DNA of 32,054 bases from Actinomycetes bacterium (GCA_021795135.1 JAJYPT010000003.1:1-32054); one strand, 5' to 3'. Numbered from the stretch's first letter, positions 16,678-27,798 are shown. Numbers and translations: made by a program. Notes: a model not told the origin generated them from the sequence alone.

Positions 16678-17302
16678 CTTGCAATTGGGTATCAATTTCT
16701 TTTCTTATTTGTTTGGATGCTTCAAATGGATTTTCTGACTCTGTTATCCAGCGCACCACTACAAATCCTTTTGCTCCTAGTGATACTAAATTTCTAATTT
16801 TTTTGGGTTGGACTGCACCTGTAACAAAAAAAGGAACTTTTGAAATTTGACTAGCTTGTTTTAAATATTCTACCCCGGTTCCGGCTCTACCTGGTTTGGT
16901 GGGAGTAGGTTCTAGGGGGCCCACAGATATATAGTCAGTTTGTTGGTATAAAGAAGCTCTTAGTTCTTTCTCGCTGTGAGTAGATAATCCTATAATCGCC
17001 TCAGGGCCAAGTATTTTTCTTGCCAAGCTTACAGGAACATCGTCTTGACCAAGATGTACTCCGTCTGCTTTTACCTCTAAGGCAATATCTGGACGATCAT
17101 TGAGTATAAAAGGAACTCCAAATTCATTACAAATCTCGATCGCTTTATGAGAATATTTTATTATTTGTTTAGCATCTGCTGTTTTATCTCTAAGCTGTAC
17201 TATATCTACTCCGCCTTTTATGCAATTAGATAAAAATTGTTCAAAATCAGGCCTAATAGGAGTACATAGATATAAATAGCGATTTTCTAAGTTCACTGAC
17301 AA
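16640..17302 (-). CDS. thiE: Thiamine-phosphate synthase
   Basis: VQLRDK, ILNDRPD, GVHLGQDD, GLSTH, PTPTKPG. Start could be the GTG at 17296. Confidence 0.93.
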   Translation of the reverse strand: MSVNLENRYLYLCTPIRPDFEQFLSNCIKGGVDIVQLRDKTADAKQIIKYSHKAIEICNEFGVPFILNDRPDIALEVKADGVHLGQDDVPVSLARKILGPEAIIGLSTHSEKELRASLYQQTDYISVGPLEPTPTKPGRAGTGVEYLKQASQISKVPFFVTGAVQPKKIRNLVSLGAKGFVVVRWITESENPFEASKQIRKEIDTQLQAKRIDGPATPKE

Positions 17303-17306
17303 GTTT

Positions 17307-17906
17307 TTAGCCTTTAGATAGCTTTTTTTGTTCTGCTTTTAAATCTTTTTTATATTGGCGGACTTTTTGTAATGACTCCAAATCAACTATGTCAGCAATG
17401 GATAGATAAACATTTGGTTGACCAAAAGGAGAACTTACTTCTTGCCATCTTGGAGGACGAATTCCAAATTGTTTACCTAACAAAGCAATGAAAATTTTAG
17501 CCTTTTGTTTCCCAAATCCAGGAAGAGCTTCAATGCGTTGTAAAAGTTCTTCTGCATCTTTAGCTCCTAGCCATACTTGGTCGGCTTTAGAGTTATATTG
17601 ATCAGTAATAATTTTACAAAGCTGTTGAACTCTTTTTGCCATAGCTGAAGGGAATCTATGCAAAGAAGGAGTTTGGCAGAAATAAGAGTCTAGTTTTGCA
17701 GGATCCAAATTTGCTATATAACCAGGATCCAAACTCCCTGCCCTTTGTTGTAGCACTAAAGGACCCCTAAATGCTTTTTCCAGCATAATTTGTTGATCTA
17801 GAACCATTCCTATCAATAAAGCTAATGGGTCTTGGGCAAGTAATTGGTCAGCATTTGGCTCTCCTGCTAAGGCGAGAGATTTTGGATGAGTACTAGAGCT
17901 ATTCAT
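17307..17906 (-). CDS. HhH-GPD-type base-excision repair family protein (actinobacterial type)
   Basis: DPLALLIGMVLDQQ, LHRFPSAMAKRVQ, LPGFGKQKAKIFIALLGKQ helix-hairpin-helix. Confidence 0.88.
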   Translation of the reverse strand: MNSSSTHPKSLALAGEPNADQLLAQDPLALLIGMVLDQQIMLEKAFRGPLVLQQRAGSLDPGYIANLDPAKLDSYFCQTPSLHRFPSAMAKRVQQLCKIITDQYNSKADQVWLGAKDAEELLQRIEALPGFGKQKAKIFIALLGKQFGIRPPRWQEVSSPFGQPNVYLSIADIVDLESLQKVRQYKKDLKAEQKKLSKG

Positions 17907-20621
17907 CTATTGTAAAAAAGCAGGATTAACTGAGTCAGTGGCTAGGCCATATTTAGCAATTGCATCTTGTACTTCTTCTGCTTTTGCTTCATTACTATTT
18001 GCAAGGGCAAAAAGAACAGCTACCACAATGTGTTCAGCATCTATTTCAAAATAACGTCTTAGGTTTTTTCTAGTATCAGAACGTCCGAATCCATCAGTTC
18101 CAAGGGATGAGTAATTATTAGGAACCCATCTAGCTATTTGATCAGGTACTGATTTCATAAAGTCGCTTACTGCTATGACTGGTCCTTGTATAGATTCTAA
18201 AGAAGTTTTGACAAAAGGAATTTTTTGTTTAGCAGTTGGATGAAGACGATTCCAACGTTCTGTTTCTAAAGCTTGTTCTCTCAAAGCCTTATAAGAAGTC
18301 ACCGACCAAATTTCTACAGAAGTATCCCATTGCTCAGAAAGCATCTTTTGGGCCTTTACAGCTGCTTTCCAAGTTGATCCAGAAAATAATATGGCACCGT
18401 GACGATTATGAGAAGATGGGGAGGGTGCATCACTAAAGCGATACATTCCTCTAAGTATGCCTTCTTTTACCCTAGTTGCCTCTTTACCTGTTGGAAGAGC
18501 CGGCATGACATAATTTTCATTATATAAAGTTATATAGTAAAAAATATCTTCGGGATTAGGTCCATACATTCGCTTTATTCCTTCATTGACAATGATTGCT
18601 ACTTCGTATGCAAAAGCAGGATCATATGCCATAAGGTTGGGGAAAGTAGAAGCCAATACTAAAGAATGACCGTCGTCATGTTGAAGACCTTCTCCTTCAA
18701 GGGTGGTTCTTCCAGCTGTTGCTCCCAGCAAAAAACCTCTTCCTCTCGCATCTGCAAAAGCCCAAGCAAGATCTCCAACTCTTTGGAATCCAAACATTGA
18801 GTAAAAGATAAAGAAGGGAATCATTGGCTGACCCCAGGTGGCATAAGAGGTGCCAGCAGCGGTAAAGCTTGCTAAAGAGCCAGGTTCTGTAATGCCTTCT
18901 TCTAAGATTTGACCATCTTTTGCTTCTGTATATGAAAGCAAAAGATCGGCATCAACTGGGGTGTAGAGCTGACCTTGGGGAGCGTAAATCTTTATTTCTC
19001 TAAAAAGTGCATCTAAGCCAAAAGTTCTAGCTTCATCTGGAATTATCGGAACTATTCTTTTGCCCACTCCTGGATCTCTAAGTAAGTTTCGCATCAGACG
19101 TGCAAAACCCATTGTTGTAGAAACTGCTTGATTGGCAGATCCTTTTAAAAACTCTTCATAAGTAGAAGGGACTAATTCAGGAAGAGGTTTAGAACGTACT
19201 ACCCTTTTAGGTAAAGAACCACCCAAAGCAGCACGTCGTTCCATTAGGTATTCGTGAGCAGGAGACCCAGGAGGAGGACTATAATAAGGTGGTAATTCTG
19301 CATCTAGGGCTTCTACTGGAATATCTTCTTCTAAATGAAGACGATCTCTTAGGGCAAGCATTTGAGTCTTGGTCATTTTTTTAATTTGATGGGTGGCGTT
19401 TCTAGCTTCGATATCAGGCCCTAGAGTCCATCCCTTTACTGTTTTAGCTAAGATTACAGTAGGAGAACCTTCATGTTCTACTGCTGCTTTATAAGCAGCA
19501 TATAATTTACGATAGTCATGCCCTCCTCGAGGCAATGTTCTAAGCTCATCATCGCTTAGATGTTCTACTAATTTTCTCAATCTAGGATCAGGACCAAAGA
19601 AGTGTTCTCGTATATAGGCTCCACTTTCTACGGTATATTTTTGGAATTCCCCATCTAAGGTATTATTTAGCCTATTTACTAACACTCCATCAACATCTCG
19701 AGCAAGCAATTCATCCCATTTGGTGCCCCAAATAACTTTTATAACATTCCATCCAGCGCCTCTAAAAATAGCTTCTAGTTCTTGAACTATTTTCCCATTG
19801 CCCCTAACAGGGCCATCTAATCTTTGAAGGTTGCAATTGACTACGAAAATAAGGTTGTCAAGGCCTTCACGAGCAGCCAAGGAAAGAGCTCCAAGAGATT
19901 CAGGTTCGTCAGTTTCTCCATCTCCTAGAAAACACCAAACTTTGGATTTGGAGGTGTCTGCAATTTGGCGATGTAATAAATAGCGGTTAAAACGAGCTTG
20001 ATAAATAGCATTTATAGGGCCAATACCCATCGATACGGTGGGAAATTCCCAAAAATCGGGCATTAAGCGAGGATGGGGGTAAGAAGAAAGACCCTCTCCT
20101 CCTAATTCCATTCGGAAATTATCTAGCTGGGCTTCATTTAATCTACCCTCTAAATAAGCTCTTGCATAAATACCAGGAGCTGCATGGCCTTGAAAAAATA
20201 CTTGATCTCCAGCTTGACCATCATTTTTTCCTCTGAAAAAATGATTAAATCCAACTTCGTATAAAGAAGCCGAACTGGCATAAGTAGCGAGGTGACCTCC
20301 TATGCCGTCGGAACGGGCATTTGCACGAGTAACCATTACTGCTGCATTCCAGCGGATATATGCTCGTATTTTTCTTTCCATATCTTCATCTCCTGGGAAC
20401 CAAGGTTCTTGTTCAGTGGGGATGGTATTTATATAAGGAGAAGAAATAGTGCCTGGAAAGCCCACTTGGCTTTCTCTGGCACGTTCTAGGAGCTTCATCA
20501 GTAAAAAACGAGCGCGATTGCGCCCTTTGATGTCAACTATTGCATCAAAAGAATCTAACCACTCGGTTGTTTCTTGTTTGTCTATGTCTGGTATCTGATG
20601 GGAAAAACCGTCAAAAATCAC
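17907..20621 (-). CDS. aceE: Pyruvate dehydrogenase E1 component, homodimeric type
   Basis: [41 protein letters not shown] motif, [26 protein letters not shown]. Confidence 0.96.
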   Translation of the reverse strand: MIFDGFSHQIPDIDKQETTEWLDSFDAIVDIKGRNRARFLLMKLLERARESQVGFPGTISSPYINTIPTEQEPWFPGDEDMERKIRAYIRWNAAVMVTRANARSDGIGGHLATYASSASLYEVGFNHFFRGKNDGQAGDQVFFQGHAAPGIYARAYLEGRLNEAQLDNFRMELGGEGLSSYPHPRLMPDFWEFPTVSMGIGPINAIYQARFNRYLLHRQIADTSKSKVWCFLGDGETDEPESLGALSLAAREGLDNLIFVVNCNLQRLDGPVRGNGKIVQELEAIFRGAGWNVIKVIWGTKWDELLARDVDGVLVNRLNNTLDGEFQKYTVESGAYIREHFFGPDPRLRKLVEHLSDDELRTLPRGGHDYRKLYAAYKAAVEHEGSPTVILAKTVKGWTLGPDIEARNATHQIKKMTKTQMLALRDRLHLEEDIPVEALDAELPPYYSPPPGSPAHEYLMERRAALGGSLPKRVVRSKPLPELVPSTYEEFLKGSANQAVSTTMGFARLMRNLLRDPGVGKRIVPIIPDEARTFGLDALFREIKIYAPQGQLYTPVDADLLLSYTEAKDGQILEEGITEPGSLASFTAAGTSYATWGQPMIPFFIFYSMFGFQRVGDLAWAFADARGRGFLLGATAGRTTLEGEGLQHDDGHSLVLASTFPNLMAYDPAFAYEVAIIVNEGIKRMYGPNPEDIFYYITLYNENYVMPALPTGKEATRVKEGILRGMYRFSDAPSPSSHNRHGAILFSGSTWKAAVKAQKMLSEQWDTSVEIWSVTSYKALREQALETERWNRLHPTAKQKIPFVKTSLESIQGPVIAVSDFMKSVPDQIARWVPNNYSSLGTDGFGRSDTRKNLRRYFEIDAEHIVVAVLFALANSNEAKAEEVQDAIAKYGLATDSVNPAFLQ

Positions 20622-20771
20622 GTTTACGCTCGCAGTACTTGGGCTTAGTGAATGTCATTTACTATAAAAGCCTATGTTATCAACTTTGGTCAATTTGTTT
20701 GTTGTATCTAAAAACAAAACATTTAATTTGATTTTATCTTTTATTATTGTAAAAAACTAGGAGATGATTTT

Positions 20772-21239
20772 TTGCAACAAAAACAATTGAAAGTTTTTAC
20801 CGACGGAGCATGTCTTGGTAATCCAGGACCGGGGGGATGGGCCTTTGCAGTCGTTCAAGGACCATGGGAGGGTGGATGCGAAGCCAATACTACGAATCAA
20901 AGGATGGAGATTACAGCAGTTTTACAAGCAATTAAAAGTATTAGTGTCCCTTTGGAGATTATAAGTGATTCTGCTTATGTCGTAAATTGTTTTCGTCAAA
21001 ATTGGTGGCGTAATTGGATTAATCGTTCTTGGCGTAACAGTGCTGGCAAACCAGTAGCTAATAGAGATTTATGGGAACCTTTGGTCAAGTTATTTTTAGA
21101 ACGTGGACAAGACCAGGTGAGTTTTAGTTGGGTAAAAGGACACTCAGGAAATCCAGGTAATGATTTTGTTGATCTAATAGCGAGTCGCTGTGCTGCTACA
21201 CAAAGTCAAGAAAGAGGAGATATTTCACCTTTAGTTTAG
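20772..21239 (+). CDS. rnhA: Ribonuclease HI
   Basis: FTDGACLGNPGPGG, TTNQRME, SDSAY, VANRDLW, WVKGHSG. GGAG SD before the TTG start. Confidence 0.95.
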   Translation: MQQKQLKVFTDGACLGNPGPGGWAFAVVQGPWEGGCEANTTNQRMEITAVLQAIKSISVPLEIISDSAYVVNCFRQNWWRNWINRSWRNSAGKPVANRDLWEPLVKLFLERGQDQVSFSWVKGHSGNPGNDFVDLIASRCAATQSQERGDISPLV

Positions 21240-21293
21240 GTTAATTTGGCAAAAAACTTTTTAGTAAGGCTTTTGTCGCCTATTCTCTAAAAA

Positions 21294-22712
21294 GTGACTA
21301 CAAGTTCAAAAACATTCGACGTAGTAATATTGGGAGGCGGTCCTGCAGGTTATGGAGCTGCTCTTTATGGAGCTTCTGCAGGATTGTCCATTGCTTTGGT
21401 AGAAGCTAGCAAAGTAGGAGGAACCTGTTTACATAAAGGATGCGTTCCTGCTAAAGAATTTTTAGAAACAGCTGCGATCTATCGAAGCGTTTCTAATGCG
21501 AAAACTTTTGGAATAGAAACATCTAAGCCAAAAATTGATTTTTCTATTAGCCAAGCCCGCAAGCAAAAAGTCGTAGACCAGCTCTGGAAGGGTTTGACTG
21601 GTCTTTTACGAAAACGTAAAGTGACTATTATCCAAGGTCGGGGATATCTCAAAAATTCTAATACTGTAGAAGTTGAAGGATATGGGCAACTGGAGGGAAA
21701 TTACATTATCCTTGCAACAGGTTCAGATGTTCGTACTTTGGATGGTTTTGAAGTAGATGGTCGTTTTGTCATGACCTCTGATGAAGTTCTATCTTTGGAG
21801 ACTCTTCCTAGCTCAGTAGCTGTTATTGGAGGAGGTGCTATTGGGTGTGAATTTGCTTCTATGATGTCAGATTTAGGTGTAAAGGTAACAATTTTGGAAG
21901 CTTTGCCTCAATTGTTGACAGGGGTAGATGCAGATGTTGCCCAAGTTCTAGATAGATCATTTAAAAAACGTGGAATTGAAGTAAAAACAGGAGTTCGCAT
22001 ACAAGGACATATCCCTGGTGCTAGTACTACTAAGATAAGTTTTTCTTCTAATGAGACAGATGGTGAAAAACTACATACTTTAGAAGTAGATACCATAATT
22101 GTTTCAGTTGGAAGAAAGCCAAATTCTGAAAAAATAGCTAGCGATCAAATAGGTCTCGAAATAGATGATCGAGGGTTTGTAGTTGTTGATAACAAAATGA
22201 GAACTAATCTAGAAAATGTGTATGCCATAGGAGATTTGGTTCCAACTGCCCAACTAGCCCATGTTGGATTTGCAGAAGCTATTGTGGCGATAAAAGAAAT
22301 TCTAAAAGAAGACCCTTTGCCAGTAAATTATTCTGCTGTGCCTTGGTGTATCTATTCTCATCCCGAAGTTGCTTTTGTTGGATTGTCTGAGGATCAAGCT
22401 CGTAATCTTGGTCATGATATTTTGGTTTCCAAACATCGTTTTGCGGGCAACAGTAGAGCACTTATAATTGGAGAATCTGAAGGTTTAGTAAAAGTAATAA
22501 GCGAAAGAAATTATGATGGTAGCGCGGGAAAGATTTTAGGGGTTCACTTAGTGGGCCCTTGGGCAACAGAACTTTTAGGACAAGGATATTTGGCTGTAAA
22601 TTGGGAAGCTACTCCTGAAGAAGTATCTAACTTTATACAGCCTCACCCTACACTTTCTGAAGCTTTTGGAGAAACAGTTATGTCACTTACCGGAAGAGGA
22701 CTACACGGATAA
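21294..22712 (+). CDS. lpdA: Dihydrolipoamide dehydrogenase (E3)
   Basis: GGGPAG FAD site, GGTCLHKGCVP redox disulfide, GGGAIGCE, HPTLSE. Confidence 0.96.
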   Translation: MTTSSKTFDVVILGGGPAGYGAALYGASAGLSIALVEASKVGGTCLHKGCVPAKEFLETAAIYRSVSNAKTFGIETSKPKIDFSISQARKQKVVDQLWKGLTGLLRKRKVTIIQGRGYLKNSNTVEVEGYGQLEGNYIILATGSDVRTLDGFEVDGRFVMTSDEVLSLETLPSSVAVIGGGAIGCEFASMMSDLGVKVTILEALPQLLTGVDADVAQVLDRSFKKRGIEVKTGVRIQGHIPGASTTKISFSSNETDGEKLHTLEVDTIIVSVGRKPNSEKIASDQIGLEIDDRGFVVVDNKMRTNLENVYAIGDLVPTAQLAHVGFAEAIVAIKEILKEDPLPVNYSAVPWCIYSHPEVAFVGLSEDQARNLGHDILVSKHRFAGNSRALIIGESEGLVKVISERNYDGSAGKILGVHLVGPWATELLGQGYLAVNWEATPEEVSNFIQPHPTLSEAFGETVMSLTGRGLHG

Positions 22713-24094
22713 TGGCTGAAGTTATAATGCCTCAATTAGGTGAAACAGTCACCGAAGGCACAATTACTAGATGGTTAAAAAAACAAGGCGACCCAATAGC
22801 AGTAGATGAGATACTTTTTGAGGTATCTACGGATAAAGTAGATTCTGAAGTCCCGTCTCCAGCAGGAGGTTTCTTGTCTAACATTTTAGTCAAAGAAGGT
22901 GAGACAGTACCAGTTGGGGCAGTCTTGGCTGTTATCTCTGATGATTTACAAGCATCAGATTCGCCTAAGAGTTCTCCTCCTGAGACTTTTGAACAAAAAT
23001 CTAGCCCAAAGGTTTTAGATTCAGCGAACTCGGTTCCAAAACAGAACGACTCTGTCTCACAACCACAACAACCTCCAGAACCTACTCAGGCATTACCATC
23101 TTCTCCTAAGGTTGAAAAATCTCCTACTAGCAATGCCAGTGCTACAGGTCGTCTTATGTCGCCCTTGGTTCGTCAATTGCTGCAAGAATATGACATAGAT
23201 CCTTCGGAAGTAACTCCAACAGGAGATGGAAATCGTATTACCCGTTCAGATGTTTTATTGTTGGCAGAATCTAAAGCTAAAGGAGGAACTTCTAGACAAA
23301 AAGATGAACCATCTATTGTCAAAGAAGTCAAAACTGTTCCAGAGACTCCTTATCAAAAAGTAGAACCAATACCAATTTCGTCTCATGATGAAATTATTCC
23401 TTTTTCTAATATGCGTCGTCGTACTGCTCAGCATATGGTCCACTCCATAGCTACTTCGGCTCACACTCTTGTAGCGATAGAAGTTGATTTTGAAAATATA
23501 GAGAAGTTACGTAGAAAAAAAGGGGCTCAATTCAAAGCTGAAGAAGGTTTTAGTCTTACCTATCTTGCTTTTATATCTTTAGCTGTTACCCAATGTTTGA
23601 GAGAATTTCCTCATTTGAATTCCTCGGTAAATGCCGATTCTTTAGTAGTGCATAAAGATATCCATCTTGGAATAGCTGTTGATTTAAATTTTGAAGGATT
23701 GATAGTTCCTGTAATACATAATGCAGATGGCAAAAGGGTTAGAGCTTTGGCTAGAGAAATAGTAGATCTAGCCTCCAGAGCTCGAAGTCGACGCTTGGGT
23801 GCAGATGATATAGCTGGGGGAACTTTTACAATTACAAACCCTGGGCCTTTTGGAACCTTTATTACTGTTCCTGTAATCAACCAACCTCAAGTAGCAATTC
23901 TTTCTACTGATGGAATTAAAAGACGTCCAGTAGTTGTACAAGGACCAGACGGAGGAGAAGCCATTGCTATCCATTCTGTTGGCATCTTGGCCTTGTCTTT
24001 TGATCATCGAGCAGTAGATGGAGCTTATGCGTCTGCCTTTTTGGCCCGTTTGAAACAAATAATTGAAACCAAAGATTGGGACCAGGAGATATAG
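22712..24094 (+). CDS. Dihydrolipoamide acyltransferase (E2, DlaT/SucB-like), single lipoyl domain
   Basis: MPQLGETVTEG, STDKVDSE lipoyl Lys, Pro/Ser linker, SPLVR..GNRITRSD binding domain, FDHRAVDG. Confidence 0.93.
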   Translation: MAEVIMPQLGETVTEGTITRWLKKQGDPIAVDEILFEVSTDKVDSEVPSPAGGFLSNILVKEGETVPVGAVLAVISDDLQASDSPKSSPPETFEQKSSPKVLDSANSVPKQNDSVSQPQQPPEPTQALPSSPKVEKSPTSNASATGRLMSPLVRQLLQEYDIDPSEVTPTGDGNRITRSDVLLLAESKAKGGTSRQKDEPSIVKEVKTVPETPYQKVEPIPISSHDEIIPFSNMRRRTAQHMVHSIATSAHTLVAIEVDFENIEKLRRKKGAQFKAEEGFSLTYLAFISLAVTQCLREFPHLNSSVNADSLVVHKDIHLGIAVDLNFEGLIVPVIHNADGKRVRALAREIVDLASRARSRRLGADDIAGGTFTITNPGPFGTFITVPVINQPQVAILSTDGIKRRPVVVQGPDGGEAIAIHSVGILALSFDHRAVDGAYASAFLARLKQIIETKDWDQEI

Positions 24095-25756
24095 ATGAGT
24101 CGAAATCTTCAATTTAGGTGGTTGGGGAAAACTTCTTTTGCTGATGCTGAAGCTATTCAGAATTCTTTATTTAGCGCAAAAGGCAAAGACTATATGCTCT
24201 TGTTGGAACATCTACCTGTTTATACCCAAGGCATAAGAGCCTCCCAAGAAGAAGTATTAGTCAAAGATCTAGGAGCTCCAGTTGTAAAGGTAAAGCGAGG
24301 TGGAGCCACTACTTTTCATGGCTTGGGGCAATTGGTTATTTATCCAGTTGTCGATCTTGCTCCCAGGTCTCATATGTCAACTTTTTATGTAAATACTTTG
24401 GAAAATTTAATTATTGAAGTTTTGGCTGAACTAGGTATAACAAATGTGGGCAGATTAGCTCAATATCCTGGAGTTTGGGTTGATCCGAATGGTTCTAATG
24501 CTCGTAAAATTGCTGCTATAGGAACCCGTATTTCAAAGGGAAGAACTATGCATGGAGCTGCTTTGAATGTTTCAACTGATCTTTCTATGTTTGAAAACAT
24601 AGTTCCATGTGGGATATCAGACAAAGCAGTTACTTCTGTCTTGGCAGAAGGAATTACAACTTCTTTGCATGAAGTAGTGGATTTGGTTGAGAAAAAAGCT
24701 GCAGCTTTTATGGCAGAAGTCTCTCAAGATAGCGATATTGTTATTTCTCGACAAGATGTAGCTTGGAAAAACACTTCTATAGTTGGGCAAAAAAATCTTA
24801 TTCCAAAACTTGCTTCTAAACATTTGACAACTCGTTTGAACGAGGCTTTTTCTTCTAGCTCTGAACCAGTCAAGTGGATTGAAACAAAGCGTAAGCCCCC
24901 CTGGCTTAGAGCTAAGTTCAACATAGGTCAAGAATATAAAGAATTGAGATCTACTCTCAAAGGTTTTGATTTAGCAACAGTGTGCGAAGAGGCGGGTTGT
25001 CCTAATATATATGAGTGCTGGAATCAAGGAACAGCTACTTTCATGATCAATGGTACTCGCTGTACTAGAGCTTGTGCTTTTTGTTTGGTAGATACTAGAA
25101 GACCACTTGAATTAGATCATCAAGAGCCAATGCGAGTTGCCCAAGCTGTAAAGCAGATGAATCTTTCTTATGTGGTTCTTACAGCTGTTGCAAGAGATGA
25201 CTTAGAAGATGGAGGGGCAAGTGGTTTTGTCTCTAGTATTGAACACATTAGAAGACTTTGCCCGCAAGTTTCTATTGAGATTTTGATTCCTGATTTCAAA
25301 TCCAACTTAAATTCTTTAGAAAAAATATTTTCTGTTGCTCCTGAGGTTTTGAATCATAATTTAGAAACTGTTCCTAGGTTGCAAAGAGCTATTAGACCCT
25401 CAGCATCTTATGCAACTAGCCTTGCTGTGTTAGCTAGAGCAAAACAAGCAGGACTAGTTACAAAGTCAGGACTGATTTTAGGCATGGGAGAAACCGAACA
25501 AGAAATTTCTCAAAGTATTATTGACTTGGGTTCTATAGGGGTAGATATATTGACCCTCGGTCAATACCTAAGACCTAGTTCTAATCACTTGCCTATTTCG
25601 AGATGGGTTGAGCCTAAAGAATTTGAAGATTTGAAAGAATTTGCTTTGGGAGTCGGATTTTCCCATGTTGAATCCTCTCCTTTGACTCGCTCTAGCTATC
25701 ATGCCAAAGCAGCAGCACAAAATGCTAGTTCTTTAATTTCTATACCAGTCAATTGA
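24095..25756 (+). CDS. lipA: Fused octanoyltransferase LipB + lipoyl synthase LipA
   Basis: N-half: LEHLPVYTQG, RGGATTFHGLGQ, RKIAAIG, HGAALN, IVPCG. C-half: CEEAGCPNIYEC, CTRACAFC, NHNLETV, GQYLRP, RSSY. One uninterrupted frame. Confidence 0.94.
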   Translation: MSRNLQFRWLGKTSFADAEAIQNSLFSAKGKDYMLLLEHLPVYTQGIRASQEEVLVKDLGAPVVKVKRGGATTFHGLGQLVIYPVVDLAPRSHMSTFYVNTLENLIIEVLAELGITNVGRLAQYPGVWVDPNGSNARKIAAIGTRISKGRTMHGAALNVSTDLSMFENIVPCGISDKAVTSVLAEGITTSLHEVVDLVEKKAAAFMAEVSQDSDIVISRQDVAWKNTSIVGQKNLIPKLASKHLTTRLNEAFSSSSEPVKWIETKRKPPWLRAKFNIGQEYKELRSTLKGFDLATVCEEAGCPNIYECWNQGTATFMINGTRCTRACAFCLVDTRRPLELDHQEPMRVAQAVKQMNLSYVVLTAVARDDLEDGGASGFVSSIEHIRRLCPQVSIEILIPDFKSNLNSLEKIFSVAPEVLNHNLETVPRLQRAIRPSASYATSLAVLARAKQAGLVTKSGLILGMGETEQEISQSIIDLGSIGVDILTLGQYLRPSSNHLPISRWVEPKEFEDLKEFALGVGFSHVESSPLTRSSYHAKAAAQNASSLISIPVN

Positions 25757-25788
25757 GAAGTATTTATTGGATTTAAAAAAAGATCAAA

Positions 25789-26337
25789 TTGAAAATTTAT
25801 ACAAAAACTGGTGATAATGGAACAACTGGACTTTATTTTGGTGGAAGAGTTCCTAAAGACGATGCTCAAATACATGCAGTTGGAGCTATAGACGAAGCAC
25901 AAGCTGCATTGGGGGTAGCTAGATCTTTATCTCACAAAACATCGGAATTGAATTCTATTATAGTTTCTATTCAAAAAGATCTATGGATTTTGATGGCTGA
26001 AGTGGGAACCAAAGATGAAAATCGTCATAAGCTAAAACCACAAGAATCTCTAGTTACCAGCTCAATGATACAAAGACTAGAGTCTATGATAGATTTGACA
26101 GCTGAAAAATTCCAAATGCCAAATGAGTTTGTCATTCCAGGACAAACTCCAATTGCTGCTTCATTAGATTTGGCAAGAACTGTCATACGAAGAGCAGAGC
26201 GTTGTTGTATTAGCTGGAACTCAAATAGTAATTCTTTGGCACCAATTTATCTAAATCGCCTATCAGATCTAGTCTGGGCTTTAGCTCGATGGCAAGAAGG
26301 CGATTTTTTATTTAGTCGTTCTAAGGAGAATCAATGA
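25789..26337 (+). CDS. PduO-type ATP:cob(I)alamin adenosyltransferase
   Basis: KIYTKTGDNGTT, GAIDE, ARTVIRRAER, YLNRLSD. Confidence 0.93.
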   Translation: MKIYTKTGDNGTTGLYFGGRVPKDDAQIHAVGAIDEAQAALGVARSLSHKTSELNSIIVSIQKDLWILMAEVGTKDENRHKLKPQESLVTSSMIQRLESMIDLTAEKFQMPNEFVIPGQTPIAASLDLARTVIRRAERCCISWNSNSNSLAPIYLNRLSDLVWALARWQEGDFLFSRSKENQ

Positions 26338-27788
26338 TTAAGTTAGAATCAGCATCACAAATACCATCTGAAGTCCAAGCAATAGGTTTTGGTGTCTTTT
26401 CTCAAGGATCTACACTTGAAGCAGGAGACAAGATAGATGTTTCTATCTTGAAACAAGTAGGCTTTGAAGCAAAGCTAGGACAAACATATCTAATGTCCCC
26501 AGGACAAGGATCTCCTGTCAGTATAGCGATCGGTTTGGGTGATAAATCAAAATTTGATTTAGATGCTCTAAGGAAATCTGGCGCAGCTTTTATTAGAGCA
26601 TCTAAAAACTACACAACTGTAGCTATAGAAATTGACTTGGTTGAAGATGACTTTGGTCCACAAGGGTTTTATCAAGCACTAGGAGAAGGTGTTTTATTAG
26701 GCTCTTATAGTTTTGATACTTATAGATCTAATTCTCAAGATAATAAAGTTGAAAAAGTATTTATAAAAAAAGCTCCTCAACAAGCACTACAAAAAGCTGA
26801 ATTAATTGCCGAAGCTGTGTATTTAGCTCGGGATTTAGTCAATGAACCAGCTGGAAAATTATCTCCTAGTCATTTTGCAGAGATAGCCCAAGGTCTTGCC
26901 AATGAAGTCTTAGAAGTCCAAGTATGGGATGAACAGACTATCAAAGATGAAAAACTAGGTGGAGTTCTAGCGGTTTCTAGGGGTTCTTTTGAGCCTCCTC
27001 GTTTAATTAAAATGGAATATAAGCCTCCAACAGATATTGCTTCTGTTCCTAGCGTTGTCTTAGTGGGCAAAGGGATTACTTTTGATTCAGGAGGACTTTC
27101 TCTCAAAAGTGCTGAAGGCATGATGACAATGAAGACTGATATGAGTGGGGGGGCTGCTGTAGTTGGGGCTATGTCAGCTTTAGCAAAATTATCATTACCA
27201 GTCCACGTCATTGCTATAGTACCAGTAACTGAGAATATGCCAGGGGGGAGAGCTACTAAACCAGGAGATGTTTTCCGAGCTCGTAATGGAAAAACTATAG
27301 AGGTTTTGAATACTGATGCTGAGGGGCGTTTAATTTTAGCTGATGGATTAAGTCTTGCAAGTGAGATCAATCCCGATGCAATAATTGATTTAGCTACTCT
27401 GACTGGAGCCTGTGTGGTTGCCCTTGGACGTGAGATTGCAGGAGTGATGGGAAATAACCAATCCTTAGTAGACCAAATCCTAAAAGCTGCCCATTCAACT
27501 GGTGAGGCTTGTTGGCAACTACCTCTTCCTAGTCAATATCGCAAACATATAGAATCAGAAATCGCAGATATGAAAAATATTGGTGCTTCTGGAGGACAAG
27601 CTGGAACTTTGTCAGCTGCTTTGTTGTTGGAAGAATTTGTAGGAGAACAACCTTGGGCTCATCTTGACATAGCAGGACCTGCTCGTTCGGACAACAACGA
27701 AGGATATTGGACTAAGGGTGGTTCGGGATTTGGAGTAAGGCTTTTGATAGATTTGTTTGAATCTTTTACAGTTCCTGTCAAAGATTAA
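26334..27788 (+). CDS. pepA: Leucyl aminopeptidase (M17)
   Basis: GKGITFDSGG, MKTDMSG, NTDAEGRL, ATLTGA, WAHLDIAG. Confidence 0.96.
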   Translation: MIKLESASQIPSEVQAIGFGVFSQGSTLEAGDKIDVSILKQVGFEAKLGQTYLMSPGQGSPVSIAIGLGDKSKFDLDALRKSGAAFIRASKNYTTVAIEIDLVEDDFGPQGFYQALGEGVLLGSYSFDTYRSNSQDNKVEKVFIKKAPQQALQKAELIAEAVYLARDLVNEPAGKLSPSHFAEIAQGLANEVLEVQVWDEQTIKDEKLGGVLAVSRGSFEPPRLIKMEYKPPTDIASVPSVVLVGKGITFDSGGLSLKSAEGMMTMKTDMSGGAAVVGAMSALAKLSLPVHVIAIVPVTENMPGGRATKPGDVFRARNGKTIEVLNTDAEGRLILADGLSLASEINPDAIIDLATLTGACVVALGREIAGVMGNNQSLVDQILKAAHSTGEACWQLPLPSQYRKHIESEIADMKNIGASGGQAGTLSAALLLEEFVGEQPWAHLDIAGPARSDNNEGYWTKGGSGFGVRLLIDLFESFTVPVKD

Positions 27789-27798
27789 CTCTAAGTTT

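Noticed and set aside
22940-23150. Pro/Ser/Gln-rich low-complexity stretch in E2
   Set aside because: Normal flexible linker of dihydrolipoamide acyltransferases, not a DNA repeat.
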